Positions 9,519 to 19,953 of a DNA stretch of 64,000 nt are shown here, piece after piece (within the stretch, counting starts at the first letter, position 1; each line of letters opens with the position of its first letter). Both the position numbers and the translations under genes were made by a program. The DNA is taken from NCBI GenBank assembly GCA_963708075.1, contig OY970194.1, forward strand, positions 4,672,001 to 4,736,000. Direction: 5' to 3'. Source of the DNA: Sedimentisphaerales bacterium (lineage in GTDB: Bacteria; Planctomycetota; Phycisphaerae; Sedimentisphaerales; Anaerobacaceae). The notes under the pieces are model-generated. The model was not told the origin of the DNA and did not search any database. It saw only the letters and a program-made list of their open reading frames with translations.

Positions 9519-10640
9519 TCAATCCGCTGTTCCCATCCGCTGCAGCCAGCGGTAGTGCGCGGCGATGCCGGCCGGGAATGACGTGTACTCCTTGTATGGA
9601 ATCCCGAAATCGCGGCATGTCTCTTCGACGATCTTGGACATGGACGGGTAATTGATATGGCAGACCGCAGGGAACAGGTGGTGTTCCTTGTGATAGTTCA
9701 GCCCGCCCAGAAGCCAGGTCAGGATCCGGTTGTGCCGGGCGAAATTCAGGGCGACCTGCGCCTGATGAACCATCCAGGGGTTCTCCATCCGCCCGGTGTC
9801 CGCCCTGGGCAGCGGGAAGCCGGCTTCTGCATTGAGATGGGGAACGATGAATACCAGGACCATCGCCACTCCCAACACCAAAGCAGCCACTACGTAGTAG
9901 AACAGGACGACCGGGACCGGATGCAGGAGCATCGGGATCACGAATGCCCAGGAGAGGAAGACGACCTTGCCCGCGAGGAGAAGGACCAGCTCCCAGCCTT
10001 TCGGACGGGGTATGCGGTGCCGGTTGATTCGGCCGAGGAGGACGAACCGCCAACTGTCGGCAAGCTGCATCTTCATTCCCAGGAATGCATAGAAAACCCA
10101 AAGATAGAGGTGCTGCCATCTGTGGTACCAGATGCGTCTTTGATGCGGCGTAAACCGGCCGAGCCCGGCAATATCGAGATCGGTATCATAGCCTGTGATA
10201 TTGACGTACTTGTGATGGATGACCGTGTGTTTCCATTGCCAGGTGTAGGAGCTGCCTCCCACCAGGTCCATTGTCATCGCCATCACTCGATTGACCCAGC
10301 CTCGATCGGAGTAGGCGCGGTGCCCTGCATCATGCTGGATGTTGATGCCGATGGCTGCCGTGGCGAACCCCAGTGAAACGGCCAGCGGCAGGCCCTGCCA
10401 CGGGGTCTGGGCCGCAAAGACCAGCAGAACGTACGAAGCTGCAAACCACGTGAGAACGATCGCCGTCTTGACGTACATCTGCCGGCCGCCGCGTTTGCGA
10501 CGCCCGGTGCTGCGAAAGAAATCATCCACACGCCGCCGCAGCTCTTTCTCAAACGCAGTATCCTGACCGAATTCCAGCTTGAGCACGCCGGAACGAATCC
10601 GCTCCGCAGACTCGTTGTGCCTATCCTCTTTCTGTGTCAT
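9519..10640 (-). CDS. Membrane fatty acid (acyl-CoA) desaturase
   Basis: His boxes HDAGH, HTVIHH and HKEHH; GGLNY motif; start placed at MTQKED. Confidence 0.85.
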   Translation of the reverse strand: MTQKEDRHNESAERIRSGVLKLEFGQDTAFEKELRRRVDDFFRSTGRRKRGGRQMYVKTAIVLTWFAASYVLLVFAAQTPWQGLPLAVSLGFATAAIGINIQHDAGHRAYSDRGWVNRVMAMTMDLVGGSSYTWQWKHTVIHHKYVNITGYDTDLDIAGLGRFTPHQRRIWYHRWQHLYLWVFYAFLGMKMQLADSWRFVLLGRINRHRIPRPKGWELVLLLAGKVVFLSWAFVIPMLLHPVPVVLFYYVVAALVLGVAMVLVFIVPHLNAEAGFPLPRADTGRMENPWMVHQAQVALNFARHNRILTWLLGGLNYHKEHHLFPAVCHINYPSMSKIVEETCRDFGIPYKEYTSFPAGIAAHYRWLQRMGTAD

Positions 10641-10951
10641 GCCAAATTCCCTCGACCGTATCTGGCATCGAAGATTCTTGCTCGTGCTCCCCCATGGAGC
10701 CGGGCCACGCCCTTCGGCCCTTCCTGTATATTCTACAGACGGCCTGCCCGTTCTATCAAGCCCTCCACCTCCAGGCGACGGAAGGAGATTTTTGGTCTTT
10801 TCTGCCACTCGGTGTGGCAAAAGCCCATGCGGAGCGTATATTACTATATAGGTTAATAAGGAGTAGACTTTCCTCCCTCGAAGGATACCCCCTGTAAACA
10901 GTACCAGAGGGAGCTTGTACACGACCCGTTGGGGGCCAAGGAGTAACATAC

Positions 10952-11155
10952 ATGGAACGAGGAACAGTGAAGTGGTTTAACGAGCAGAAAGGGTTTGGAT
11001 TCATTACGCCGGCCGATGGCGGCGAGGATTTGTTTATCCATCATTCGAACATTGCCGGCGGTGAATCCAAGTCGTTGCGGGAAGGACAGACGGTGGAGTA
11101 CGTCCGCGGTCAGGGTCGTAAAGGCCCCGAGGCCACGAACGTGAAACCTTCCTAA
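10952..11155 (+). CDS. Cold-shock domain protein (CspA family)
   Basis: [22 protein letters not shown] and [10 protein letters not shown] motifs. Confidence 0.95.
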   Translation: MERGTVKWFNEQKGFGFITPADGGEDLFIHHSNIAGGESKSLREGQTVEYVRGQGRKGPEATNVKPS

Positions 11156-11209
11156 GCATCCACACAATCCCAGCACGATCAGCAATGATCCGTGCTTGAG
11201 GCAAATTAC

Positions 11210-11240
11210 GGCCTTGCGGCAGACGCAGGGCCTTTTTTTT
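11210..11240 (+). terminator. Intrinsic terminator after csp
   Basis: GGCCTTGCG-loop-CGCAGGGCC followed by T8. Confidence 0.85.
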
Positions 11241-11560
11241 GCGCCGGAAGAGGGCGACGGGGGCGATACTTGGGACGGCTTACCCAGCCCACCCTGCCAC
11301 GCCACCGAGATCCTTGTAATGACAGGAACAGGCCGTTGTGCAAAACAGTGCCAATTTTTGTTGACGATGGGCACCGTCGGCCTATGATAGGGGGCACTTT
11401 TCGCTTATGCGAAAGGACGGAGGCCCGCCCCCGACGACGCCAAGGCAACAGAGGCTGGAGACGGGCCATTGGACGTAATGGGCATGAAGACTTCAGGAAC
11501 TCTCTGGAAGGACCATAGGTGATGGTACAGAAATCGCGCTCTTCGAATCCAAATTGTGAT

Positions 11561-12736
11561 ATGTCAACGCACTTGTTCACCAGCGAATCGGTAACGATGG
11601 GCCACCCGGACAAGGTGGCGGACCGGATCTCGGATTCGGTTCTCGATGCGATGCTCGCGCAGGACCCGCTCAGCCGGGTTGCGTGTGAGACGCTGGTGAA
11701 GTGCGATATGGCTGTCGTTGCCGGCGAGATCACCACCAAAGCTGTGGTGGACATTCCGGAGGTTGTGCGAAACACCATCAAAGCGATCGGCTACGACAAC
11801 GCGGAGTTGGGCTTCAGCTACGACAACTGTGCCGTGCTCGTGTCGGTAAGCAAGCAGAGCCCGGATATCTCGCAGGGCGTCACCGAGGGCCAGGGTCTGC
11901 ACAAGGAGATGGGCGCAGGCGACCAGGGCCTGATGTTCGGCTACGCGTGCCGGGAGACGCCGGAGCTGATGCCGATGCCGATTCAGTTGGCCCATATGTT
12001 GACGCTCCGGCTGGAGAAGCTGCGTCAAACGAGGAAGCTGCCGTGGCTGCGGCCGGACGGCAAGAGCCAGGTGACCGTCGAATATGACAAGAACAGCAAA
12101 CCGAAACGGATTCATACCGTGCTCGTCTCCACGCAGCACGCGCCGGATATCAAGTATCGCGATCTGCGCAAGGCAGTCATCGAGCAGGTCGTACTGCCGG
12201 TGATGCCGAAGCGATTTATGGACAAGGACACGAAGTTCCACGTCAACCCGACGGGCCGGTTCGAGTTGGGCGGTCCGAAGGCGGACTGCGGCCTCACTGG
12301 ACGCAAGATCATCGTCGATACCTACGGCGGACGCGGACGCCACGGCGGCGGCTGCTTCAGCGGCAAGGACCCAAGCAAGGTCGATCGCACGGCCAGCTAC
12401 ATGTGCCGGTACATCGCCAAGAACGTCGTGGCGGCGGGCCTGGCCGATTGCTGTGAGGTCCAGGTCTCCTACGCCATCGGCGTCGCCCAGCCGATCTCCG
12501 TGTTCGTGGACACCGAGGGGACGGCCCGGATCAGCGAGTCCAAGATCAGTCAGATTGCCTGCGACCTGTTCCCGCTGACGCCCAAAGGGATGATCAAGCA
12601 CTTGGATCTTCGACGGCCGATCTTCGCCGAGACCTCTCATGGTGGCCATTTCGGCCGGGAACTGCCCGACTTCACCTGGGAGAAGACCGACATGGTCGAG
12701 CGACTCCAGAAAGCCGCGGGCCTCAAGTCCCGCTGA
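11561..12736 (+). CDS. metK: S-adenosylmethionine synthetase
   Basis: [40 protein letters not shown]. Confidence 0.97.
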   Translation: MSTHLFTSESVTMGHPDKVADRISDSVLDAMLAQDPLSRVACETLVKCDMAVVAGEITTKAVVDIPEVVRNTIKAIGYDNAELGFSYDNCAVLVSVSKQSPDISQGVTEGQGLHKEMGAGDQGLMFGYACRETPELMPMPIQLAHMLTLRLEKLRQTRKLPWLRPDGKSQVTVEYDKNSKPKRIHTVLVSTQHAPDIKYRDLRKAVIEQVVLPVMPKRFMDKDTKFHVNPTGRFELGGPKADCGLTGRKIIVDTYGGRGRHGGGCFSGKDPSKVDRTASYMCRYIAKNVVAAGLADCCEVQVSYAIGVAQPISVFVDTEGTARISESKISQIACDLFPLTPKGMIKHLDLRRPIFAETSHGGHFGRELPDFTWEKTDMVERLQKAAGLKSR

Positions 12737-12769
12737 GAATAGCGTTTTTTCACACGGTTCATCTTATCG

Positions 12770-12797
12770 AAAAGCCCGGTCGATCGCCGGGCTTTTT
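12770..12797 (+). terminator. Intrinsic terminator after metK
   Basis: AAAAGCCCGG-loop-CCGGGCTTTTT. Confidence 0.8.
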
Positions 12798-12842
12798 CAT
12801 TTGGGCGCCGGGGCCGGTGGACGTTGTGGACGGAGTGGACGC

Positions 12843-12997
12843 CAGGGCTATCGCATCTAAATTGTTCGACGCTGACTATTGGCGCGGAAACGCGGAAAGC
12901 TCGGATCACGGATCGGCCGGGCCACCGAACTTGTGAGCGTCCGATAGGCGTTTTCGCGGGCAAGAAGCCCGATTCCAATTTAGATGCGTAAGCCCTG
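12843..12997. mobile_element. 155-bp MITE with ISAs1-type ends
   Basis: TIRs CAGGGCTATCGCATCTAAATT / AATTTAGATGCGTAAGCCCTG; 10-bp TSD GAGTGGACGC at 12833-12842 and 12998-13007. Confidence 0.9.
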
Positions 12998-13118
12998 GAG
13001 TGGACGCAAGCGGACGTGCGAAGCTGCCAATGAGTCCACGGAGTCCACCTCGTCCACAACGCCCACTCCGTCCACTGGGGCATTTTTCTGTAATTCCTGC
13101 GCCCGGTCCAAGTCTAAT

Positions 13119-13691
13119 ATGGCAGCCATGGCGAAGATAACCGAGGAGCAGACCCTGGTGGAGCGGTTTCGCCGGGGAGATGATTCTGCGTTCGACAGGA
13201 TCGTGGAGCGGCATTCGGCCGAGATTGCGGCCCTGGCGAATCGTCTGCTCGGCTGGCCGGGGGACGTGGACGACATCGTCCAGGATGTCTTTGTCGCGGC
13301 GTTCGTGCACTTGAAGAAGTTTCGCGGCGAGTGCCGGCTGCGAACGTGGCTGTACACGATCACGGTAAACAAGTGCCGCAGCCACCGGCTTCGCCTGCGG
13401 GGACGGCTGCGGGCCAGGCAACTCAGTGACCTTGAGGCCACCGCTGGTCAGGATCACGGGGCCGAGCGGCCCGCGATGAATGAGGAGATGTTCGACAGGG
13501 TCCGTCGGGCCGTGCAGGCCCTGCCGCGAAAGTATCGAGAGGTGGTCGTCCTTCGATATCTGCAGGGCCTTGAGCCGGGTGAAATCGGCGAGCTTCTCGG
13601 CGTGAAAGTCAACGCCGTGCAGGTCCGGCTGAACCGGGCCCGTACCCGACTGAAGGAACTCATGGGCAATCTGCTCGAGGAGAAATCGTGA
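13119..13691 (+). CDS. ECF sigma factor
   Basis: DDIVQDVFV, FRGECRLRTWLYTITVN, LPRKYREVVVLRY, VRLNRAR. Confidence 0.9.
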   Translation: MAAMAKITEEQTLVERFRRGDDSAFDRIVERHSAEIAALANRLLGWPGDVDDIVQDVFVAAFVHLKKFRGECRLRTWLYTITVNKCRSHRLRLRGRLRARQLSDLEATAGQDHGAERPAMNEEMFDRVRRAVQALPRKYREVVVLRYLQGLEPGEIGELLGVKVNAVQVRLNRARTRLKELMGNLLEEKS

Positions 13692-14296
13692 GCGAAGAAC
13701 AAATCAAAACGCTGCTGCAGAGGGCGGACGAAGCCGCAGGCCGGCCTGTATTCGGTCCCGTGAGCACCGACAGGGTCCGGCGACAGGTCCATCGAAGACG
13801 AATCATGATAGCCGCCGGGCCACTGACGGCCGCGGCCGTCATTCTCGTTGGAATGAGCATACTGGTGACCCGCACGCCGCCCGAATCACCCCGGCCTCAG
13901 GAGCAGAGAATTGCCTCGCTGGAGACCCAGATCGAACAGTTGCGGGCACAAACTGACGCCACGCTGAGACTGATGCAGGAGGTGCTTGCGGAGGATCGGC
14001 AGGAGCGTCACCTTGCGGCCCTGGAAGCGGAGCTGGCGAGCATCCCCGATCCAAAGGTGGAAATCGAGCGACAGGTGGACAAGACCGCCTTCATCCTTGT
14101 CTACCAGGCGGACAGGCTGTACAAGGAGCTGAACCGGACGGAATCGGCCGTCGAGGCGTACAAAGAGGTCATTCAACTCTTCCCAAAGAACCGCTGGGCC
14201 GACGTCGCGAGGGAGCGATTGTCCCAGATCGAACACCGGCAGATCAACAAGTCAGACACAAAAGGAGAGCCAACATGCGAACCCGGAACTGTGTAA
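13688..14296 (+). CDS. Putative membrane anti-sigma factor with TPR-like C-terminus
   Basis: Overlaps the sigma stop codon; one TM segment, coiled coil, AVEAYKEVIQLFP. Confidence 0.65.
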   Translation: MSEEQIKTLLQRADEAAGRPVFGPVSTDRVRRQVHRRRIMIAAGPLTAAAVILVGMSILVTRTPPESPRPQEQRIASLETQIEQLRAQTDATLRLMQEVLAEDRQERHLAALEAELASIPDPKVEIERQVDKTAFILVYQADRLYKELNRTESAVEAYKEVIQLFPKNRWADVARERLSQIEHRQINKSDTKGEPTCEPGTV

Positions 14297-16008
14297 TCAT
14301 TCTTCTGATCGTGGCCCTGACTGGCTCTGCGGCGATGGTCATGCAGGCAGCACAGGACAACTCGTCGAAACGCGAGCAGACGACCCAACGCAAGCCGCCT
14401 GAAACGCGATTCGCAAGCTGCATTGTGAGGATCACAATCGATCCCGTCATTGTCCCGCTGGACCCGGCGACGATTCAAGGCCTGCTCTACAGTTCCGGCG
14501 TGGCGGGAGCGGCGATTCGGGAGACGCTCCAGCACGATTCGATAGACAATCCCTGGGAAGAACTCATCGAGATGGAATGGCTGAACGAGTCGTCTCCTCG
14601 GCCCTCTCCCACGGTCGGGTCTGTTGAGGAGACCCCTTCGTATGACAAGGAGATGTTGCGAAATCTTGAGGAAGTCTACGGCAAGGAATACATGAAACAA
14701 ATGGGCATGATAGACTCAAAGACCTCGGACGAGCAAAATCAGCCCGCTGGTGGCTCCGTCGAAGGCATTGGCCGCAATCGCACACGAGTCAGAGGGAATC
14801 CCCCGGCTTACATGTCACCGGCACGGTCTGCCCCGGGTGGCACGTCGAGCGCGACGATCAAATTGTCCGTTCATCTGCCGGAAGATCTGCCGCCGGTGGC
14901 GGACGAGTTTCTCAGAGCGGTGATCAGTAACCTCCGGAGCAGCTTGCGCCACGCGTATGAAGTCTATATCAGCGATCTTGACGACCAGCTTTCACAGGCC
15001 CGGCAGCAGTACAACTACCAAATAGATTTGGAGGCGAGCGAAGGGGGGACGGATGCCGCGGCAAGGATCACGGAGCAACTCGACAAAGTCGTGGACCTCT
15101 CCGTCTTGACTCCCGAGATGCCCCTTTCCGAGGCCGTCGAGGTCCTGAAGAGATCTGTGGAACCGCCGCTGAACATCGTGGTCCTGTGGAACGATCTGAT
15201 GGACTCCCTGTCCGTCGAGCCATCGACGCCGATCAGTATCAACGGAATGGCAAGCATCAAACTGGGGACAGCCCTGGATCTGCTGGTGAGAGGGATTCGT
15301 TCGAGCGGCGCCAAGGCGATGTGGAGAATCAAGGGTGATGCCATTGTCATCGCGACGGCGGCTGGGCTCGGCGAATCCGGCGAGCCGGTCGGACAGCTGA
15401 GGGCCGAGGTCGATACCCGGGCCCTGGCCACTCAAAGGAACGGCTTGGCGAGCAAGCTGCAGGACCTGGAGCTGAGTCTGGCCGGCCAGGAAGCGCGACG
15501 CAGAGCCATTGCGGAGCAGATCGCCCGCACCCAGGACGAAGCACACGCGAGGCTGGCCCAGGACGAAGTGACGAAGGAACTGGAGAACCTTGTCCAACTC
15601 AGTGCGGAGAGTCTCTCGAACCTCCGTAAGCAGGTGGACGCGGGTCTCGTATCCACGGCCGAGCTGGCCCAAGCCACCGAGAGCCTGACCCGGGCGAGAA
15701 TCGAACTGGCCAAGCGGCGGGAGGAATTGAGCAAGCAAATCGGAGGTGGGCAACTGGACCAGCTCAACGCCGAGATGAGCCGCATGGCGATCGACGGGGC
15801 GGAAAAAGAGGCCCAGCGGGAAATCCTTGCAAAGAACCTTGCGCAAGTGCAGCAACAGTTGGCGCAGGCCTCTGCGTTCGACCCTGAGGCAGCACGAATG
15901 CGCGTCGTGCGAGAGGGACTCGACATCATGGCGCGCCGGATCGCCGAGCTACAGACGCGCATGGCGAATCTCCAGCCGCCCATGGTGACGGTGATCGGGG
16001 CAAACTGA
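14275..16008 (+). CDS. Secreted coiled-coil protein
   Basis: Signal peptide and long heptad-rich C-terminal half; operonic with the ECF pair. Confidence 0.7.
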   Translation: MRTRNCVIILLIVALTGSAAMVMQAAQDNSSKREQTTQRKPPETRFASCIVRITIDPVIVPLDPATIQGLLYSSGVAGAAIRETLQHDSIDNPWEELIEMEWLNESSPRPSPTVGSVEETPSYDKEMLRNLEEVYGKEYMKQMGMIDSKTSDEQNQPAGGSVEGIGRNRTRVRGNPPAYMSPARSAPGGTSSATIKLSVHLPEDLPPVADEFLRAVISNLRSSLRHAYEVYISDLDDQLSQARQQYNYQIDLEASEGGTDAAARITEQLDKVVDLSVLTPEMPLSEAVEVLKRSVEPPLNIVVLWNDLMDSLSVEPSTPISINGMASIKLGTALDLLVRGIRSSGAKAMWRIKGDAIVIATAAGLGESGEPVGQLRAEVDTRALATQRNGLASKLQDLELSLAGQEARRRAIAEQIARTQDEAHARLAQDEVTKELENLVQLSAESLSNLRKQVDAGLVSTAELAQATESLTRARIELAKRREELSKQIGGGQLDQLNAEMSRMAIDGAEKEAQREILAKNLAQVQQQLAQASAFDPEAARMRVVREGLDIMARRIAELQTRMANLQPPMVTVIGAN

Positions 16009-16041
16009 TCCACATCGTGGAGTCGGTGTGCGATGCACACC

Positions 16042-16734
16042 CTACCGGGCGAGGCGTGCCTGGACGTTGTCGGATGTCAGCTCCCGCAGGGCATCCGAAG
16101 CGATCCACCGGGCAGCTTTGGAGTCGATCCGCCGGATGTCCTCCGCTGTTCGAACTGCCAGCGTGTTCAAACGGACGTTGCGTTTGCCGATCTGGCGCAG
16201 GGCCCAGTTCACGGCCTTTTTGACGAAGTTGCGATCATCGGCCGCGTGCTTCACGATGAGGGGAAGGAACTCCTCGAATCGCTCATCCGGTGCCTTCTTG
16301 TCGTGGATGGCCAGTGCCGCCATCAGGACGAAGCCGGCTCTCTTGACATACTCCGACTCTCGCGCGGTCCACTCCACAGCCTTGTCCCAGGCATAAGGTG
16401 TCTTATCGAAGAGACAGCAGCAGGCGGCGTCGCAGACGGCCCACGAGTTGAAATCCCGGGCCCACCGTTCCATCTGTCTCGGCGTGACTTTCACAGGGTC
16501 GTCAATGAGGGCGGCGAGGATACGCGCATCGTGGATGCCCGTCCGCCAAAGCTGTACAGCAAGCGAGTGATCCGTCCTGATCTCTTTGGCGAGCCGTCGA
16601 AGGTCCGGCGCACGAACTCCCCATACGTCCGGAGCGTCGATGCCGAACCGGGCCGCTCCTGCCGCCGCCTTCGGATCGCTAAGCAATCTGAGCTTGTCGA
16701 GGACTTCATCGCACATGTCGTTCGCCCGCGCCAT
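16042..16734 (-). CDS. DNA alkylation repair protein (AlkD-like)
   Basis: GVRAPDLRRLAK, WAVCD, DDRNFVKKAVNWALRQIGKR. Confidence 0.85.
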   Translation of the reverse strand: MARANDMCDEVLDKLRLLSDPKAAAGAARFGIDAPDVWGVRAPDLRRLAKEIRTDHSLAVQLWRTGIHDARILAALIDDPVKVTPRQMERWARDFNSWAVCDAACCCLFDKTPYAWDKAVEWTARESEYVKRAGFVLMAALAIHDKKAPDERFEEFLPLIVKHAADDRNFVKKAVNWALRQIGKRNVRLNTLAVRTAEDIRRIDSKAARWIASDALRELTSDNVQARLAR

Positions 16735-16740
16735 CGTGCT

Positions 16741-17712
16741 TCACTGTTTGAGGTTGCCGCGCCGCCAGGCATTAGCCAAGTCCACGTACTGCGCGGGGGT
16801 CAGGTCACCCGGACGCAGGGTCGGATCGATGGCCAGGCGCTCCAGGATGCCCATCCATAGGTCGGGGTCACCCAGATGCGACGGAACGCTCTTGAGGCAG
16901 GCCCGGAGCATCTTGCGCCGGTGTCCCATAAACAGGGCCACAACATCGCTGAGGATCGCCATATCCTCAATCTGCCGGGACTTAGGTTCGTCACGGACGA
17001 AGCGGACCAGCGCCGAATCCACCCCCGGCGGCGGCCAGAACACGCTGGGTTTGAGGACCCGCAGGATCTCCACGTCGCCCGTGGCCTGCAAGAAGATGCT
17101 TAGCGTGCCATAGTCCCGGCTGCCCGACCGGGCCGTCATCCGCTCGGCCACCTCCTTCTGCACCGTGACAAACATCGCATCGGCCACGACCGGTCCCTTG
17201 GCCAGATGGATCATCACAGGCGACGCCACGTCATAAGGCAAATTCGAGACCAGCAGCAGCCGCCCGGGCTCTCCCGGAGAGCCCGTCTCGGGGAGCCCCT
17301 CAAGGGCTCCCCGTATAGGTCCTATCGGTCCAATACGTCCTATACTCTTGACCCGGTCCCGCGCGAGTTCCAGTGCCTCGACCACCGTCGGATTGAGCGC
17401 CCCCTTGCCCGACAGAACGTCCTCATTGACGATCTGCACGTTTTCCCGCCCGGCAAGCTGCGACTGGGCGATCGGGGCAAGCGTCCGGTCGATCTCGACG
17501 GCCACGACCGCCCCGACCTGCTCCGCCAGGGCTTGCGTCAGCGAGCCCGTCCCGCAGCCGACCTCCAGGACCACATCCGCCGGGGTGAGCTGGGCCGCGT
17601 CCACGAGTAGCCGCATCAGGTTCAGATCGACGAGGAAGTGCTGACCGAGCCGGCGGTTGGGTGATACGCCCGCCGAGGATAGCAATTCCTGGATTTGGTG
17701 CTTGGTTTGCAT
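16741..17712 (-). CDS. rsmA: 16S rRNA m6,2A dimethyltransferase
   Basis: LGQHFLVD, VLEVGCGTG, VSNLPY, FWPPPGVDS; contains a repeat-derived insertion. Confidence 0.93.
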   Translation of the reverse strand: MQTKHQIQELLSSAGVSPNRRLGQHFLVDLNLMRLLVDAAQLTPADVVLEVGCGTGSLTQALAEQVGAVVAVEIDRTLAPIAQSQLAGRENVQIVNEDVLSGKGALNPTVVEALELARDRVKSIGRIGPIGPIRGALEGLPETGSPGEPGRLLLVSNLPYDVASPVMIHLAKGPVVADAMFVTVQKEVAERMTARSGSRDYGTLSIFLQATGDVEILRVLKPSVFWPPPGVDSALVRFVRDEPKSRQIEDMAILSDVVALFMGHRRKMLRACLKSVPSHLGDPDLWMGILERLAIDPTLRPGDLTPAQYVDLANAWRRGNLKQ

Positions 17713-17772
17713 GGTTGTCGCCAGAATGGCATTCGCTTTATGGACGTAGTGGACCTATCGGACTCATAGGAC

Positions 17773-18906
17773 CTATCCTTCAGAGCCTGCGCTTGGCTCA
17801 GGAGTGTCGGGGGTCTGGGCGGCGGTTTCTGCCGGTGCCGCCTTGCCGTTGCCGTTGGCGGTTACGCCGGCGGGCTGAAGGGTCCGCTTGGTCTTGGCCA
17901 TCTGGATTGCCAGCATGATGGCCGACTTCATGCTCGATGGGTTGGCCAGGTTTCGGCCGGCGATGTCGAACGCCGTACCGTGCGCCGGCGAGGTCCGGAT
18001 GATGGGCAGGCCGATTGTCACATTGACCGCGTGCTCGAAGTCCAGCAGCTTGATCGGGATCATGCCCTGATCGTGGTACATGGCGACGACTGCATCGAAC
18101 TCCCCGTGGATGGCTCGCAGAAACAGCGTGTCGGCGGGGATTGGGCCGACGCAGTTGATCCCCTGCTCCTGGGCCAGCAGGATCGCCGGGCTGATGATTC
18201 GCTGCTCCTCGTCGCCGAACTGGCCGTCCTCGCCTGCGTGCGGATTCAACGCCGCCACGCCGATCCGCGGGTTCTCCACGCCGAAGTAGTCCTTCAATGC
18301 GTCATTGAGCAGGTCGATCGGCTCGAACACGCAGCCGATGGTGAACTTGTTGCGAATGTCGGACAGCGCGATGTGAATCGTCGCCAAGGCTACCTTCAAA
18401 GGCCCGCTGACGAACATCATCGCCTTACGCGGGGCCTTGCACTTCTGGGCGAGCATCTCGGTGTGCCCGGGCCAGGGGGAATCGGCCAGCTTCCAGCTTG
18501 TCTTGCTGATGGGGGCGGTGACGATGGCATCGACGATCCCGTCCCTGGCTGCCGCGATGGCATCGACGCAGAACTTGAGCGAGGCCTCCCCCGCTACCCG
18601 ACTGGGGCCCTTGACATATGGCGGTACGCTGTACTCGTCATAGTCCGCGACGACCACCTTGTAGGGATACTCCCGGCTGATCTTCTCATGCTGGTGCCGG
18701 CCCCAGAACGGGTCGATCTCCGCCCGGTCGGCCGCATAGCAGAGCTGCTCATTCATCCCGAAAACGATGAACTTGGCAGCCCGGCGGACCTCCGGATCGG
18801 CCAGTGCCTTGACGACCACCTCCGGCCCGATGCCTGCGGCATCTCCCATGGTCACCCCGATGACCATCTGCTCCGATATCGAATTGTGGCCGTTGCCCTT
18901 GTTCAT
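17773..18906 (-). CDS. pdxA: 4-hydroxythreonine-4-phosphate dehydrogenase
   Basis: TMGDAAGIGPE, GHTE, LNPHAGE, YHDQG, RTSPAHGTAFDIAG. Confidence 0.93.
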   Translation of the reverse strand: MNKGNGHNSISEQMVIGVTMGDAAGIGPEVVVKALADPEVRRAAKFIVFGMNEQLCYAADRAEIDPFWGRHQHEKISREYPYKVVVADYDEYSVPPYVKGPSRVAGEASLKFCVDAIAAARDGIVDAIVTAPISKTSWKLADSPWPGHTEMLAQKCKAPRKAMMFVSGPLKVALATIHIALSDIRNKFTIGCVFEPIDLLNDALKDYFGVENPRIGVAALNPHAGEDGQFGDEEQRIISPAILLAQEQGINCVGPIPADTLFLRAIHGEFDAVVAMYHDQGMIPIKLLDFEHAVNVTIGLPIIRTSPAHGTAFDIAGRNLANPSSMKSAIMLAIQMAKTKRTLQPAGVTANGNGKAAPAETAAQTPDTPEPSAGSEG

Positions 18907-18992
18907 TTACGAATTACCATTTACGATTTACGATTTACGATTCAGGAGCGGCGAGAGCCAAATCGCAAATCATAATTCGTAAATCGTAAATC
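18906..18992. repeat. Inverted pair of 7-nt tandem repeats (TTTACGA)n / (AAATCGT)n
   Basis: Fills the ribE-pdxA intergenic region as a hairpin. Confidence 0.85.
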
Positions 18993-18993
18993 C

Positions 18994-19641
18994 TCAAAAG
19001 CCCATCTGTCGCAATCGGTCCACCGTCAGCGGCTGCTGTTGAGGCAGGATCGCTTCAAGCTGCCGGCGGACGATCTTGACCAGGATATCGATCTCGATAT
19101 TGACGCGAGTGCCTGTACGTGCACTGCCAAGCGTCGTCTTGGCCAGGGTCTCAGGAATCGCCGCAACACGGAAGCTCCGCGGACCGAGCCCAGCGACCGT
19201 CAAACTCACTCCATCCACCGCCACGGAGCCCTTGGGCACCATCTGCTCCAGCAGCTCCGGCCCCGCGGCAAACTCTATATCGGCAAACTCACCGAGCCGT
19301 TTCACTGCCTGCACCGAGCCGATTCCATCGACGTGGCCCTGCACGATGTGCCCACCGAAGCGGTCCGTCGCCTTCATTGCCCGCTCGACGTTCACTTTCG
19401 CGGGAGCGCGAAGGGCGGCCAGGATCGACTTCTCCATCGTCTCTGAGCTCAGGCCGAACGTCGCCATCGTGCCGTCCAGCCGGACTACCGTCAGGCAGAC
19501 TCCGCTGATCGCGATACTGTCGCCCAGCCGGCACCCCTCGGCCAGAGAGCCCAGGTCCACGGTCATGGACCCGCCGCCCGAAGCCCCGGTCGCGGAGACG
19601 GACTTGACCTCACAAACGCTTTCTATAAGTCCTGTAAACAT
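18994..19641 (-). CDS. ribE: Riboflavin synthase (alpha chain)
   Basis: MFTGLI, GDSIAISGVCLT, GGHIVQGHVDG, KGSVAVDGVSLT. Confidence 0.95.
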   Translation of the reverse strand: MFTGLIESVCEVKSVSATGASGGGSMTVDLGSLAEGCRLGDSIAISGVCLTVVRLDGTMATFGLSSETMEKSILAALRAPAKVNVERAMKATDRFGGHIVQGHVDGIGSVQAVKRLGEFADIEFAAGPELLEQMVPKGSVAVDGVSLTVAGLGPRSFRVAAIPETLAKTTLGSARTGTRVNIEIDILVKIVRRQLEAILPQQQPLTVDRLRQMGF

Positions 19642-19749
19642 ATTTGCTTATCTCAAGCATCGGTCTCCCGCTCCTCCGTGAGTACCCAAGCCATATGCTA
19701 TGATTTGGCCCCGGTCGTGTCAAACAATTGTTGGGTGGAACGCCCGTGA

Positions 19750-19834
19750 TGGACGAAGTGGACTTGGTGGACGGAGTGGACGCTTCGCCGATCTCGCTCG
19801 CGTCCACCACGTCCACATCGTCCACTACGTCCAC
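19750..19834. repeat. Inverted pair of 9-nt tandem repeats (GTGGACnnn)n / (GTCCACnnn)n
   Basis: Four copies per arm; same family at 12817-13075. Confidence 0.85.
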
Positions 19835-19953
19835 CGATCGTTGCCACCGCTTTCTTGTCGTGCAGATTCTCTTTCGCGGTAGCGACGAAGCTGCTAAGAT
19901 GGCATGAGGCAAAAGGTTTTGCCTGTGCTCTTGTAGAGAAAGGAGCAGATGCC

